DNA of 64,000 bases from an uncultured Gammaproteobacteria bacterium (lineage in GTDB: Bacteria; Patescibacteriota; Patescibacteriia; Magasanikbacterales; UBA922). Below the pieces are notes generated by a model, which was not told the DNA's origin, did not search any database, and saw nothing but the letters and a program-made list of their open reading frames with translations. Below are positions 35,021-46,400 of this stretch, one piece after another. The DNA lies in NCBI GenBank assembly GCA_964597575.1, contig CAZQXB010000001.1:842892-906891 (forward strand), given 5' to 3'. Each line of letters begins with the position of its first letter. The stretch's first letter is position 1. The translations under genes were made by a program, and so were the position numbers.

Positions 35021-36469
35021 CTACCGAATTTCTCGCACTTCAAGTAAGTTCACATGACCTTCACCTACGGGTTCTCCGGCCACGATAATAAGCCTATCTC
35101 CCACAACCACTTCTTGACGCTCTCGCAAATGTGCGACGGAACGCTCAACCAATTCTTCAATAGAAGAACATTCAGGTAACATAAAAGGCTCAACGCCCCA
35201 CGATAACACCAACTGGCGATACACTCGGTCCGCGGCAGTAGCTACAAAAATAGGTAATTCTGGGCGATGCCGGCTAATCAGCCGGGCGGTTTCCCCGGAA
35301 AGAGATGCGGCTAAAATTCCTTTTGCTTCAATTTCTTCAGCCACGAGGCGAGCCATGCGCGACACCACGTCGTCAACGGAACGACGATCCCCGTAATCAC
35401 GAATAACCATATTGTCGTACGATGACGCTTCAGCTTCTGACACAATGCTCGCCATCATGCGGACAGTTTCAATGGGGTAGCGACCTGTGGCGGTCTCGTT
35501 CGAAAGCATCACGGCATCTGTATGATCAAACACTGCATTCGCCACATCCGATACTTCTGCGCGAGTAGGGCGCGGGTTGGATTGCATGGAATCAAGCATC
35601 TGGGTTGCCACAATAACCGGCTTTCCAAAATGCAGCGCAGCATCAATAAGCTTTTTTTGAAGTAATGGAACCTCCTCAGCGCGCACCTCAACCCCTAAAT
35701 CTCCTCGTGCCACCATGATACCATCAGCCACAGACAAAATCGGTTCGATGCGTTCGACCGCCTCATGGCGTTCAATTTTCGCAATAACTCGAATCGGCTC
35801 GTGACTTACGATCTCTAGTTCTGATTCATATTGTTTCAAAAGATAGCGCACGTCAATTACGTCTTCAGGGCCCATGACAAACGATACAGCCACAAAATCC
35901 ACACCCGATTGAACACCAAAACGAAGATCTTCTTTATCTTTTTCAGTTAAGGCTCGAATAAAAAGCGCGGTATCAGGCACATTAATTCCTTTATGCGAAC
36001 TCAGTGTTCCACCCACTTTTACATGCGCGGTTATAATGGTGCCTTCTACTTGATCAACAATACACTCTACTCGCCCATCATCAATAAACAAACGCTCCCC
36101 TGGCTTAACATAGGTATGGAGTTTGTCGAAATCAATCGGCAAAGGACCATTCTTCTCGTACGATGTTTTTGAAGTATCAAAATGAAGAATATCACGATCT
36201 GCGATCACAATTCCCTCTAAGGGCAAAGCTCCTAAGCGAATTTTGGGACCCTGCAAGTCTTGCATAATGGCCACAGGCTTTCCTTCTTTTGCGCTCACCT
36301 CTCGAATCAATCGAATAAGTTCTGCGTGATCAGCATGGGTTCCGTGAGAAAAATTAAGCCGGGCGACACTCATCCCTGCCTGCACCATGCTTGTAACAGC
36401 CTCAAAGGTGTGCGATGAAGGACCGAGTGTGCACACTATTTTTGTTCGTGTACCATTCTTTTTTTCCAT
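35021..36469 (-). CDS. pyk: Pyruvate kinase.
   Basis: RTKIVCTLGPSS ... MVARGDLGVE ... signatures. Confidence 0.85.
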   Translation of the reverse strand: MEKKNGTRTKIVCTLGPSSHTFEAVTSMVQAGMSVARLNFSHGTHADHAELIRLIREVSAKEGKPVAIMQDLQGPKIRLGALPLEGIVIADRDILHFDTSKTSYEKNGPLPIDFDKLHTYVKPGERLFIDDGRVECIVDQVEGTIITAHVKVGGTLSSHKGINVPDTALFIRALTEKDKEDLRFGVQSGVDFVAVSFVMGPEDVIDVRYLLKQYESELEIVSHEPIRVIAKIERHEAVERIEPILSVADGIMVARGDLGVEVRAEEVPLLQKKLIDAALHFGKPVIVATQMLDSMQSNPRPTRAEVSDVANAVFDHTDAVMLSNETATGRYPIETVRMMASIVSEAEASSYDNMVIRDYGDRRSVDDVVSRMARLVAEEIEAKGILAASLSGETARLISRHRPELPIFVATAADRVYRQLVLSWGVEPFMLPECSSIEELVERSVAHLRERQEVVVGDRLIIVAGEPVGEGHVNLLEVREIR

Positions 36470-36529
36470 ACGAGACCAGGGTCAAACTGCGAAAAATGAA
36501 TTAAACACGTTGCATTCTTTTAAAACATT

Positions 36530-36841
36530 CTATGACTTCAAAAGATCGAGCATTTCTGCATAAGGATTTTGATTTTTGGACGCGCCTAAAAATTGCTGCG
36601 AAAAATCTTTCAAAAGCGGAGGAAGATAAAGAATCGCAAGCACGATAGGTACAACGATAATCGCCAAACGAAAAAAATTTCCAATCACCGCCCAAAATAA
36701 GTATCGCTGAATACGTGTCTGACCTTCAACTACTTTTTTTGACCAAGCAATGCTCTCTTCAATGCGAGCAAGAAGGTCTGCTGGAAGAGCCGAGGAGGTG
36801 AGAGGTGGTTTTTCTTCTTCAGGCATAAAAACGAAAAACAT
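36530..36841 (-). CDS. Small membrane protein (103 aa), hypothetical.
   Basis: Two hydrophobic helices. Its start abuts the nrdR stop. Confidence 0.35.
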   Translation of the reverse strand: MFFVFMPEEEKPPLTSSALPADLLARIEESIAWSKKVVEGQTRIQRYLFWAVIGNFFRLAIIVVPIVLAILYLPPLLKDFSQQFLGASKNQNPYAEMLDLLKS

Positions 36842-37311
36842 TATACAGACGAACGCTTTCTTTTTCTCCCTAAAGATTTGAGTTCGTTCTGAAAGGTATC
36901 TACATCCTCGAAGGCGCGGTAAATTGAAGCGAAACGAATATACGCCACCGTATCAAATTTTCGTAAATGCTTCATCACAAGCTCCCCAATATCTTGACTT
37001 GTTACTTCACGGCGTTTGTATTTCTGAATATCTCGCTCAATCGCATGAATGAGCGTATCAAAATTCTCTTCAGTATACGGCCGTTTGGTGAGTGACTGCA
37101 AAACTCCTCGTTCTAATTTTGGACGGGAATACGACTCTCGATGCCCATCACGCTTCACAACCATAACATCAAGAAGCTCTGCCTCTTCGAGAGTCGAGAA
37201 ACGAAAATGGCATTTTTCGCATTCCCGACGACGCCGAATGGAGTATCCATCCTGAGCGATTCTCGTATCAATGACTCGTGTTTCTTTGGAACGACAAATC
37301 AAGCATTGCAT
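36841..37311 (-). CDS. nrdR: Transcriptional repressor NrdR.
   Basis: MQCLICRSKETRVIDTR ... CEKCHFRFSTLE zinc ribbon plus ATP-cone. Confidence 0.85.
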   Translation of the reverse strand: MQCLICRSKETRVIDTRIAQDGYSIRRRRECEKCHFRFSTLEEAELLDVMVVKRDGHRESYSRPKLERGVLQSLTKRPYTEENFDTLIHAIERDIQKYKRREVTSQDIGELVMKHLRKFDTVAYIRFASIYRAFEDVDTFQNELKSLGRKRKRSSV

Positions 37312-37356
37312 ATGGACAAGTATACCACAAAAACGGAAAGAGGGGCCGGCCGAAAA

Positions 37357-38679
37357 TTACATGCCCATTTTCTTGCGAATAAACGCAGGGATCTCAAGAT
37401 CGTTTTGATCAATCGGTTTTGGTTCAGCAGGCGGCGTCTGCGGACGAAGCGGTTGAATTTGCGGTGGAGGGGTTGGAGCAGATTCTTCAACCATCGGAGT
37501 TTGCCGCGTTTGAAACATACGACGTACCGGCTGAGGTGTAGGTGTTTCTTCTACAACCTCTTCCGCTACTTCCGCAGTGCTTGGTGTGGAAAACGGTTTG
37601 AGAAGTGGGGTTTTTTTCGGAAAAAGAGTTCCGCTATAGAGTGGTCGTTTCGGACGAGTGGCAAACTGCTCATCTTCCTCTGTGGTAATAACCGGTGGTG
37701 GTGCCTGCATTCCAAGCCGCCGATCGCGCGACTCAAAACCCGTCGCAATGACAGTAACACGCACATCTTCTCCCATACTATCATCGAACATGACACCAAA
37801 AATAACTTTTGCATCACCATCGGAAGAATTAGTGATGATTTTCGCCGCCTCATTCACCTCTTGCATGGTAAGGCTGCTTGAGGCAGTAATGGTAAAAAGA
37901 ATACCGCGTGCACCATCAATTGAAAGGTCAAGGAGAGGGCTCGAAATAGCCATGTTTGCCGCATCAACCGCTCGTGTTTCTCCACGACCGACACCAATAC
38001 CCATAAGCGCCGAACCCGTATTTGACATGATCGTTTTCACGTCGGCAAAATCAACATTGATGTGCCCTGGCACTGTAATAACTTCAGAAATTCCCTGAAC
38101 ACCTTGGCGCAAAATATCATCGACAATTTTGAACGCCTCCATCATCGAAGTTTTTTTGTCGATCACTTGAAGTACTCGATCGTTTGGAATTGTAATAATC
38201 GCATCAACATGGCGAGACAACTCATCGTGAGCGCGCTCTGCGATTGCTTTTCTTTGTGGTCCCTCGAAAGAAAAAGGTTTTGTTACTACGGCCACAGTAA
38301 GCGCGCCAAGTTCTTTGGCTATCGCCGCAACAACCGGAGCTGCTCCAGAACCGGTACCACCGCCAAGGCCGCAGGTAATAAAAACCATATCCGTATTTGC
38401 AAGCGCGTCCCGAATTTCATTCTGTGCCTCTTCCGCACTGCGACGACCCATTTCTGGATCCATACCTGCCCCAAGACCACGAGTGACTGTTTTTCCAATA
38501 TGGAGTTTTTGTGAAGCGCTGTTATGATGGAGTGCCTGAACATCTGTATTTAGAGCCATGAACTCCACACCACGAATCCCCTCTTTCACCATGCGCTCAA
38601 CAGCTGAGCCACCCCCCCCACCTACACCTACCACTTTTATTTTGGCAAATGTTTCAATATCAGGTTTTACTTGAGGCAT
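37357..38679 (-). CDS. ftsZ: Cell division protein FtsZ, with a long Pro-rich C-terminal tail.
   Basis: IKVVGVGGGGGSAVERM and GGGTGSGAAPVVA tubulin signatures. Start set at MPQVKP. Confidence 0.9.
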   Translation of the reverse strand: MPQVKPDIETFAKIKVVGVGGGGGSAVERMVKEGIRGVEFMALNTDVQALHHNSASQKLHIGKTVTRGLGAGMDPEMGRRSAEEAQNEIRDALANTDMVFITCGLGGGTGSGAAPVVAAIAKELGALTVAVVTKPFSFEGPQRKAIAERAHDELSRHVDAIITIPNDRVLQVIDKKTSMMEAFKIVDDILRQGVQGISEVITVPGHINVDFADVKTIMSNTGSALMGIGVGRGETRAVDAANMAISSPLLDLSIDGARGILFTITASSSLTMQEVNEAAKIITNSSDGDAKVIFGVMFDDSMGEDVRVTVIATGFESRDRRLGMQAPPPVITTEEDEQFATRPKRPLYSGTLFPKKTPLLKPFSTPSTAEVAEEVVEETPTPQPVRRMFQTRQTPMVEESAPTPPPQIQPLRPQTPPAEPKPIDQNDLEIPAFIRKKMGM

Positions 38680-38840
38680 ATGAAGAGTGTTACTGAACAA
38701 CAAATGTGTTCAAATGTATGTCAACTGAGCGAATTTGTGGATGTAGTGTATCGGGGTGAAGAACCCTATGTCAAGTGAACAAAAAACTGAGATCAAAAAA
38801 AACCGGCTTTCTCGTGGAACCGGCCATTCTTTTTTTAACA

Positions 38841-40097
38841 CTACGGAATGAGGGAAGAGAAAATTTTACGAAATTTTTCTGCGATCTTACTTGTCGTGCC
38901 CGAAAAAGAGAATGATCGCTTGCCGCCAGATCGACGCATCATCTCACTCCCCCATCGCACGAGCCCAACAGCCGGCACAAACGCAGCATCATGAATTTTT
39001 TGCGTAATACTTGGCATATCAATCGGCGTACCAATCGTTACCGGGAGACGAAGAATTTCTTTTGCCAAAGGAAGGAGGCCTTCAATTTTTGATCCGCCAC
39101 CCGTAAACACAACTCCGGCAGGTAAACGACCTGAGCGATCAATTCGAGCAAGCTCACGATCAACAGTCTCTAAAATTTCTGCCATGCGAGCACTTACAAT
39201 CTCGGCAATATATTGCCGAGAAATTTCTTCGCTCTGTTTCGCCCCAACATCTTTCAGATTAATAAGATCTTTCTTTTTCACAGCCTCGGGAAGAGAGTGA
39301 CCGTATAATAATTTCACCCTCTCCGCCACATCGATATCGGTTCGAAGCCCAATCGCAATGTCGCTCGTTACGTGAACCGAACCAATCGGAAGAGTGGCAG
39401 TATGAATCATATCACCATTCTCATACACCACCACATTTGTAGTCGCTCCTCCAATATCCACAACCGCCACCCCAATATCGCGCTGGCGCGCGGTGGTGAC
39501 GACCTGGCTGGTCGCAAAAATAGAAACGACTAAATCATGAATGTCATACCCTGTGCGATAAATCGCTCTCTCGACATTCTTTAAATGACTCGAAAGAACA
39601 TAGAGCATGTTCGCTTCTACCTCAAGGCGCACCCCGGTCATGCCGACTGGATCTTTAATCCCCATCTGACCATCCACGGTATAACGGTGCGGTAAAATAT
39701 CAATCACTTCATAATTGAGCGGGGTTGAAACCATTCGAGAAGCTTCATGTGCTCGCGCCACATCATCTTCGGAAATTTCTCCATCAGCTTTAGCCACAGC
39801 CACGACCCCTTTAGTTGGTTGAAGCAAAATATGATTTCCTGTCACCCCCACCCAAACAGCCTCCAAAGGAACACCAACTAATCGCTCTGCCTGTTCAAGA
39901 GCACCGGCAATAGTTGAAACAACCTCTTCAATACTTGTGATCGTGCCCCGTTCGATACCATTTGAAGGCACCTCAACAACTGCAATAATGTTCATTTCGC
40001 CGCTGTCTCGCCCACTTTGGCCAACCGCAACCCGAACAGCCGTAGAACCAATATCGAGGCCGGTGATAAGTGCGGGTTGTCGACGATGTTTAGACAT
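38841..40097 (-). CDS. ftsA: Cell division protein FtsA.
   Basis: Actin-like ATPase fold motifs (LDIGSTAVRVAVG ... VVDIGGATTNVVVYE ... FTGGGSKIEGL). Adjacent to ftsZ. Confidence 0.85.
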   Translation of the reverse strand: MSKHRRQPALITGLDIGSTAVRVAVGQSGRDSGEMNIIAVVEVPSNGIERGTITSIEEVVSTIAGALEQAERLVGVPLEAVWVGVTGNHILLQPTKGVVAVAKADGEISEDDVARAHEASRMVSTPLNYEVIDILPHRYTVDGQMGIKDPVGMTGVRLEVEANMLYVLSSHLKNVERAIYRTGYDIHDLVVSIFATSQVVTTARQRDIGVAVVDIGGATTNVVVYENGDMIHTATLPIGSVHVTSDIAIGLRTDIDVAERVKLLYGHSLPEAVKKKDLINLKDVGAKQSEEISRQYIAEIVSARMAEILETVDRELARIDRSGRLPAGVVFTGGGSKIEGLLPLAKEILRLPVTIGTPIDMPSITQKIHDAAFVPAVGLVRWGSEMMRRSGGKRSFSFSGTTSKIAEKFRKIFSSLIP

Positions 40098-40130
40098 AGG
40101 GCACTGGCGATGAGTATACCGTATTCTTAA

Positions 40131-40496
40131 CTACAAGAAAAGATGTATAATGCGCGGAAGAAAGACCGTGAGTCCAATAACAATTGCGATAAACGATGAA
40201 ACGAGAACTGCACCGGCAAGCATATCTTTTACACGCGCAATAGGTTCAGACAAACGCGGGTTCGTAATGTCGATGAGCGCCTCAATCGCACTATTCACCA
40301 GTTCAAGAGAAAAAACCATGCCAACCACCAAAAAAAGACTAACCCATTCGCTCAGGGAAATACGAAAAAAGATACCGAAGAGAAAAACAACAGTAGCACA
40401 CACTACATGAAAACGAATATTTTTTTCAGTTCGATACGCTGAAATAAGCCCTCGAAATGCATGGCGGATACTGTAGCGAAAGGAAATCGGGTTCAT
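40131..40496 (-). CDS. dgkA: Diacylglycerol kinase / undecaprenol kinase family (DgkA).
   Basis: Small 3-TM protein with an SFRYSIRHAFRG N-terminus and an ELVNSAIE motif. Confidence 0.65.
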   Translation of the reverse strand: MNPISFRYSIRHAFRGLISAYRTEKNIRFHVVCATVVFLFGIFFRISLSEWVSLFLVVGMVFSLELVNSAIEALIDITNPRLSEPIARVKDMLAGAVLVSSFIAIVIGLTVFLPRIIHLFL

Positions 40497-40936
40497 AGGA
40501 CACGCTTTACAATAGCTTCTTGAAGCGGGTACATTTTTGCCTGCTCTGCTTTTGTACCATGATCAAAACCGAAAAGATGCAGCACTCCGTGCACAAGCAT
40601 GCGCGTAAATTCTTCTTGAATGCGAATACCGTGCTTTTTGGCCTGGCGACAAATTTGTGGGTACGAGATGAAAATATCACCCATCTCATTTGAAGGAAAG
40701 AAACCAGGTAAACCTTCTTGAGTCGGGAAAGATAAGACATCGGTAGTCCCCTTCATGCGGCGATGCCGGCGATTGAGCGTTGTCATGCGTGTATCTCCAA
40801 TAACATGAACACTCACACTGGCTTTCGGACGCCCGAGCTTTTTTAGTATTTCAGAAATAATTCCAAGAATATACCGATCAGAAAATGGAGATCCCGACAC
40901 GGTTCGGTAGATCGTGGAAGATGAGGCCATAGACAT
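40493..40936 (-). CDS. ybeY: Endoribonuclease YbeY (rRNA maturation).
   Basis: HGVLHLFGFDH metal-binding motif. Confidence 0.8.
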   Translation of the reverse strand: MSMASSSTIYRTVSGSPFSDRYILGIISEILKKLGRPKASVSVHVIGDTRMTTLNRRHRRMKGTTDVLSFPTQEGLPGFFPSNEMGDIFISYPQICRQAKKHGIRIQEEFTRMLVHGVLHLFGFDHGTKAEQAKMYPLQEAIVKRVL

Positions 40937-40938
40937 GG

Positions 40939-42138
40939 TTAATTTCCTACCTCCGGAATTCTCGGCTGTTCGGCAGTTTCTACTGCACTTTTCTCTGGCC
41001 GAAAACTTTGATATACCATCTCCATCACATGACGGTAGAGCACCGTGTCGGCTGACCCTTGGCGATACAGAAGAACATACACCTTATTTGGAGTATCTTT
41101 GTAGGCGACAAGACCATCCTGACGAACAAAGATTTCTTCCATGAATCGATTTGTTTTTCGATTAATATCACTAAAACGCTGAGATAGTGCTACGCGTCCA
41201 AACCACATTTCAAACGTTTCTCCTGGCAATTTTGTCATCGTACGGATCTCGATGAAATCTCCCGTAACAGAACTTACCAAGACTTGAGTGGCTGCAGTAT
41301 CTACGATACCTACGTCCCACGCCGACGGATAAAATAATCGCCAAGTATTCTCCGGATGGACAAACTCACGGACAAGTCCGGAATCAATAATTTTGACCGG
41401 AGCAAAACCGCTCGGATTATATAAATTTACCACTTCCTGACCATCAAAGTACCCGTCCGCATCACTATCCCAAGTACCACTGTCGGTTCGAAAAACCTCC
41501 TCCTCAATATCAGTAAGCGTATCTTTATCCACATCTTCTGCATCGACTAATCCTGTGAGAGGAAAAACAAGAGGTAATTCTCGAGACGGTGAGGTTGTTG
41601 GCACGGTCATTTCTGAGCTCGTAGAGGCAACGGGCGGAGGCACAATAACCGGCTCTGGTGCTACCGGAGGTGGGATAGGGACTGGTTCCGGCACAACCAC
41701 AAGTGGCTCATTCGAAGTATTGGGCTGTTCTGGAAGCGAACGCGCAACATACCACCAAGAAATGCCTCCGAGCACAATGATAGTGAGCCCCCCTCCAACC
41801 CAGAAAAGTAAACGCCCCCTCCCCTTTTGTGGCGGCTGCACCAGACCCACATCTTCATTTGGAGGCACGGGTTGAGCAACCTCTTCCAGAGCCTCTTCTT
41901 GAATCATTTTCGCAACATCCTGACGATGTGTTTGCGATAATTGACGTGAAACAGAGTTTTGGGATTCAACAGTAATTGCTTTTGGTACGACAGACGACTC
42001 CGATTTTGCGTCGGTATCAGCATAAACCACAGGGTTTGCTCCACCATAAAAAACATCAGGGATACGAGTCACTCTCGCCTGAAGTGGTGGAGCTGCCGGC
42101 GCTGTGGGTTCTGTTTTTTTCTTCGACCAGAAAGCCAT
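40939..42138 (-). CDS. Membrane-anchored Pro-rich protein with a thrombospondin-type-3-like Ca-binding motif (DTDSGTWDSDADGYFDGQE) and a C-terminal globular domain.
   Basis: Start set at MAFWSKKK. TM helix LLFWVGGGLTIIVLGGISWWYV. PxP-rich linker. Confidence 0.45.
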   Translation of the reverse strand: MAFWSKKKTEPTAPAAPPLQARVTRIPDVFYGGANPVVYADTDAKSESSVVPKAITVESQNSVSRQLSQTHRQDVAKMIQEEALEEVAQPVPPNEDVGLVQPPQKGRGRLLFWVGGGLTIIVLGGISWWYVARSLPEQPNTSNEPLVVVPEPVPIPPPVAPEPVIVPPPVASTSSEMTVPTTSPSRELPLVFPLTGLVDAEDVDKDTLTDIEEEVFRTDSGTWDSDADGYFDGQEVVNLYNPSGFAPVKIIDSGLVREFVHPENTWRLFYPSAWDVGIVDTAATQVLVSSVTGDFIEIRTMTKLPGETFEMWFGRVALSQRFSDINRKTNRFMEEIFVRQDGLVAYKDTPNKVYVLLYRQGSADTVLYRHVMEMVYQSFRPEKSAVETAEQPRIPEVGN

Positions 42139-42151
42139 AGAAAATAATTGT

Positions 42152-42976
42152 CTACAAGGTACGCGGAGAAGTCGTTGGTGGTTCAAAGATACGTCCGGCA
42201 CCTAAGGGGCTATATCCGTTTTTAATCTCTTCTTCATCGGTGTACCCATCATTATCAGTATCTGGGTTTTGCGGGTTACTCTTCCATGTTACCACTTCAT
42301 CATAATCCGACAAACCGTCACCATCGGTATCGAATCGTTTTGGGTCGGTTCCAATATCCCCTTCTTTCAAATCATCGAGGCCGTCGCCATCCGTATCAGG
42401 AACATTCCCGAACAAAATTGCATCATCAATAGGGTCGGTTTCGTCATCTTCTGTAGGTTCTGGAATCACACCACCACCTTGGGTATCTGACGGAATCACA
42501 CCGTCATTCTCATTCGGCACCTTGCCGCTATTGAGCGTAGGCGCAATATATGTTTTGTATGCCCAGTATCCACCAAACCCGAGACCTGCAACCAGGATAA
42601 GAATAGCAATAACCAAAAAGATGCTTTTAAAAATGGATGGCTCTTGGATACGGTATTCTGGATAGCTCGCTGGTGCCTCATGAAGTGGCTCTGTACCCCT
42701 TGGTGCTGGAACGTCTACCGGTCGAGCCATTGGTGTTTCTTCAAGAACTTCAAAATCGTCCGCGGGTAAAGGTTCTGCCAATTTTGGTGCCGCACTCGCC
42801 CGACGCACCTTCGGTTTAAGTACACCTGCCTCAAGAGCCGAGGGAGGGTCATCGCTCAAGCGAGGAGCTTCTTCTTTTGCCAATGCGCCAGAAAACATAT
42901 CTTCTGGCTCCCCAATAGGAAGATTTGATGGTACTTGCCCTCTGGTTCCCGAACCTGTCAATTGATCGTCGAACAT
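42152..42976 (-). CDS. Membrane-anchored protein with tandem thrombospondin type-3 (Asp-rich, Ca-binding) repeats.
   Basis: TM IFLVIAILILVAGLGFGGYWAY. Repeats DTDGDGLDDLKEGD, DTDGDGLSDYDE and DTDNDGYTDEEE. Confidence 0.5.
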   Translation of the reverse strand: MFDDQLTGSGTRGQVPSNLPIGEPEDMFSGALAKEEAPRLSDDPPSALEAGVLKPKVRRASAAPKLAEPLPADDFEVLEETPMARPVDVPAPRGTEPLHEAPASYPEYRIQEPSIFKSIFLVIAILILVAGLGFGGYWAYKTYIAPTLNSGKVPNENDGVIPSDTQGGGVIPEPTEDDETDPIDDAILFGNVPDTDGDGLDDLKEGDIGTDPKRFDTDGDGLSDYDEVVTWKSNPQNPDTDNDGYTDEEEIKNGYSPLGAGRIFEPPTTSPRTL

Positions 42977-42993
42977 ACAAACAGAATATATGG

Positions 42994-43395
42994 TTATGGA
43001 AGCTTCCCAGCCCCTCGTGGATTATACCCACCTAACACCTCAACGCCGTCAGAGAATGTATCTCCGTCAGTATCTGCCTTTGTTGGATCAGTTTTCGTAA
43101 GGTTTACCTCAAGCGCATCCGAGAGTCCATCACTATCCGAATCAAAATCGTTTGGATTGGTTTTTAGTTTTTTTTCTTCATCATTCGTTAACCCATCACG
43201 GTCATCATCATCGGGAAATGGGTTTGGGTTTGGGACCGGAGGAGGTGGGTCTACTGTCTTCACTTCCTCTTGATTTCCAATTATTTGTGGAGGAGAGGGT
43301 GATTTCGCGCTTGGCCGCAGGATGAAAAACAACCCGCCAACCAAGAGAATACCAGCAATAACGATTAGGATAATGCGACGCATGCGGCTGAACAT
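42994..43395 (-). CDS. Small membrane-anchored thrombospondin-type-3-repeat protein.
   Basis: TM at the N-terminus. DDDDRDGLTNDEE, DSDSDGLSDALE and DTDGDTFSDGVE. C-terminal GYNPRGAG motif shared with the neighbouring gene. Confidence 0.5.
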   Translation of the reverse strand: MFSRMRRIILIVIAGILLVGGLFFILRPSAKSPSPPQIIGNQEEVKTVDPPPPVPNPNPFPDDDDRDGLTNDEEKKLKTNPNDFDSDSDGLSDALEVNLTKTDPTKADTDGDTFSDGVEVLGGYNPRGAGKLP

Positions 43396-43444
43396 ATGGT
43401 GTATTATAGCACGAGAAGTCTATTCCCCAAATGAAGCCCCCCTT

Positions 43445-46400
43445 TTAGGTGTTGTTATGAATATCCACGATATCGGTTTCAATACTTCCATCACCAGTCG
43501 GACCAACTGGACGAATTTCATAGGTTCCTGTTGCTTGATTTCGAACAATGTTAAACACATGCCAGTAGTTCGCATTTGGATTTGAACTTGTACCTGCGAT
43601 ATTTCGAATTCTAAAGACACGGGGCGCATACACAGAACGAGCACTGTCTTGATCTTGCTGATATTCGTAGACCTCCACAATCAGACCTGGGTTTGCAACA
43701 TACCTCCCCATCGGCCGGACACTATCATCAACAAAATACTGGAACGGAGCACTCGTCTGAGCTTGACTCAGGTCGATTGTCAGTGCTTTGACAAATGTAT
43801 CCTCTAGCTGAATTTGTGGATGAACAAAGACGCGAGCCGTGCCGTCTGAAGTATTGAAGGTGGTACAGCCTGTTGACCACCAGTACGACTCATTCGGCCG
43901 GAGTGTCTGAAGGGAGATATTGTTGCAGAGATAATTTGTTCTTGACAAACGGGTTTGAGTATCCGCCACTGAAAAATCGATAATACGCCCAAAGACAGGA
44001 GAAAAATCATTATGATACAAGCGCCCCAAGAAACGCCCATCGTCCTCGGCACCAGACCAACGAAGAACGACACGGAAAACGTTTGGTGGTACCGCTGGAG
44101 AAAATACAAACTCACGAGTTACTTCCTGCTGTTCTCCATTTACAGGGAATGGAAATAAGGATCCTCGTCTCTGTGGCGTAAGCGGTTGACCAAATGCACG
44201 GCTGTAGCTCCCGATAAACATGCGATTAATATCAAGGTGGTACACGTCGGTACAAAGATTGTTGGTATTAATATTAAGCTGATCATTTAACCGAGCAGTA
44301 TTTGCAGGGTAGGCAAACACTGATCCTGGTTGTCTGAAACTAAAGAGGGCACTCACTTCTTCGGTTAACAAACGACTGCCTAAAAGGCCACGGAACGCCC
44401 AGGTTCGGAGAATGACACCTCCAGCAGAAGAAGACTCCTGGAGAACGAATCCTGCAGTAGACGAGGCACGAAGCATGCTCACCTCAGTTGACTGTCCCCA
44501 CGCATTCGCCCCACTTTGCGCATAATCAACGATAGGGTTAATTACGGCAATACGTGGATTTGCTCCACCCCCGGTAAAGTCGGCACAATCGACCAAACCA
44601 TCCCCATCATCATCAAGGCCATTCGTACAAATAGGATTTGTATTGTCGGTATAACGGCAGTTCGTTGCCTGACCTGGCGCACACTGCACTCGATTTGCCC
44701 CTGACGAACAAAGCGCATCCTGGCAGCTTGGCTGCGAAGAAGAACCGTTCACGCGGCACAAACCCTGCTGCGCGCTACATGTTTCAATAACTCCACAAAC
44801 CGTACAGTTATCTACGAGACGGCGGCAGTTATTTTGACAAGAAAACGCTCCTCGATTCGCCGTAGGAAGCGTTCCTCGGCTACAGGTAAGTGCAGGGCCG
44901 TTTGCAATAGTGCTCGTTGTTACACCCCCGGTCGAAAGAGTGTCGCATACTTCTCCAGCATCTCGCTGAACAATACCATCACCACAATATGTTATCGGAT
45001 CACGGGTAACTGTAGTACATTCTGCCGAACACAATGTTACTCTCTGACCATATGGTGGATTTTGCGGTACAAGGCCGTTCGCATCCGCCTCATCACACGT
45101 CTCTCCTAAATTACTCTGAACAATTCCATCACCACAGAATGGACCGGCATTTGGATTTGAAATTACAACATTCGTTCGACGGAAACAGAGGTTCGAACAC
45201 GAGTCTAAGTTATCGGTATTGCCGTCGTCACACTCTTCATGCGGCTCATTCACAAAACTATCCCCACAGTATCCTCCCGTAGCCTGACAATCAAACGAAC
45301 AACTTGCTCCCCGAAGCGGATGATAGGTTGGGCGGGCGGTGAGTACACATGAATCTCCAGAAGAGCACTGACTATCCTGATCACAGGCAGTAGCCGCAGC
45401 ACAGTATGTCGATCGAGTAAATCGTAAAAATTGGTTTAACCCTCGGAACAGTCCAATAATCTGATTTCCTGGAGCAAATTCAATTGTTCGTACAAATCCA
45501 TTATTATTTGGCGTGGAAACCACCACCCATCGCTCTCCTCCATTGTTTGTAGCCCAAGCAGCGTACCCTGCTTGTCCACTGAATCCTTGGTACAAAACGA
45601 TACGATCCAAAACAACTACAGTCTGTGCATCGAGGAGGGCAATAGCGCTCGGACCGGCAGAAGAAACAATTGCACGGTCAGGCGCCGGAAGATCAAGGGA
45701 AGTCCATGTTACACCGCTGTCTGTTGTACGAAAGACGCGACGAGATGCATCGGTTACCAAATACCCCAAATTTCTGTTTGCAAATACAAAGTCGACTTGC
45801 TCAGTTGCAGGATTTTCAGGCAACCGTTGCGCCACCCACGTTAACCCACCGTTGGTGGTACTGAAAAATCCTGCGGTTCCGTATGCAAAGCCTGTTTGCT
45901 GATCGATAAATTGTAATTTTGAAATCGAAGTATTTGCCGCAAGCGGTGCGTACGATTGCTGCGACCAAGTGTCACCAGCATTTTCTGTTCTCCACACATT
46001 TTCCCCTGTTCCAGCAACGTACACCATAGTTGGGGAAACCGCATGAACAGCCTGAAGCACCACTCCCGAAGTATTTGGAATTTCGCGAGTAGTCCAATTG
46101 GCGCCACCGTTACTCGTCCGCATTAAAATTGCATTCCGTGAACCTCCAGTCTGCGCTCCGACAGCAAACCCAACCTGCGCATTCAAGAAGGTGATACCGC
46201 GCAAAATGATGCCGGTTTCTTGACGACTCACGCTCCAGCCAAAACCTGAGAATCTCATAATCGACGCACGATTCTGCGCTGTGTCAGTCATAACCGCCCA
46301 CGCACTCTGTTCACCCAAAACCGAGAGAGATTGAGCACCAATAATTTCTCCAGGATTTGGGGTGAGAAGAGGAACTACCGTCACATCAAACCGAGGATCA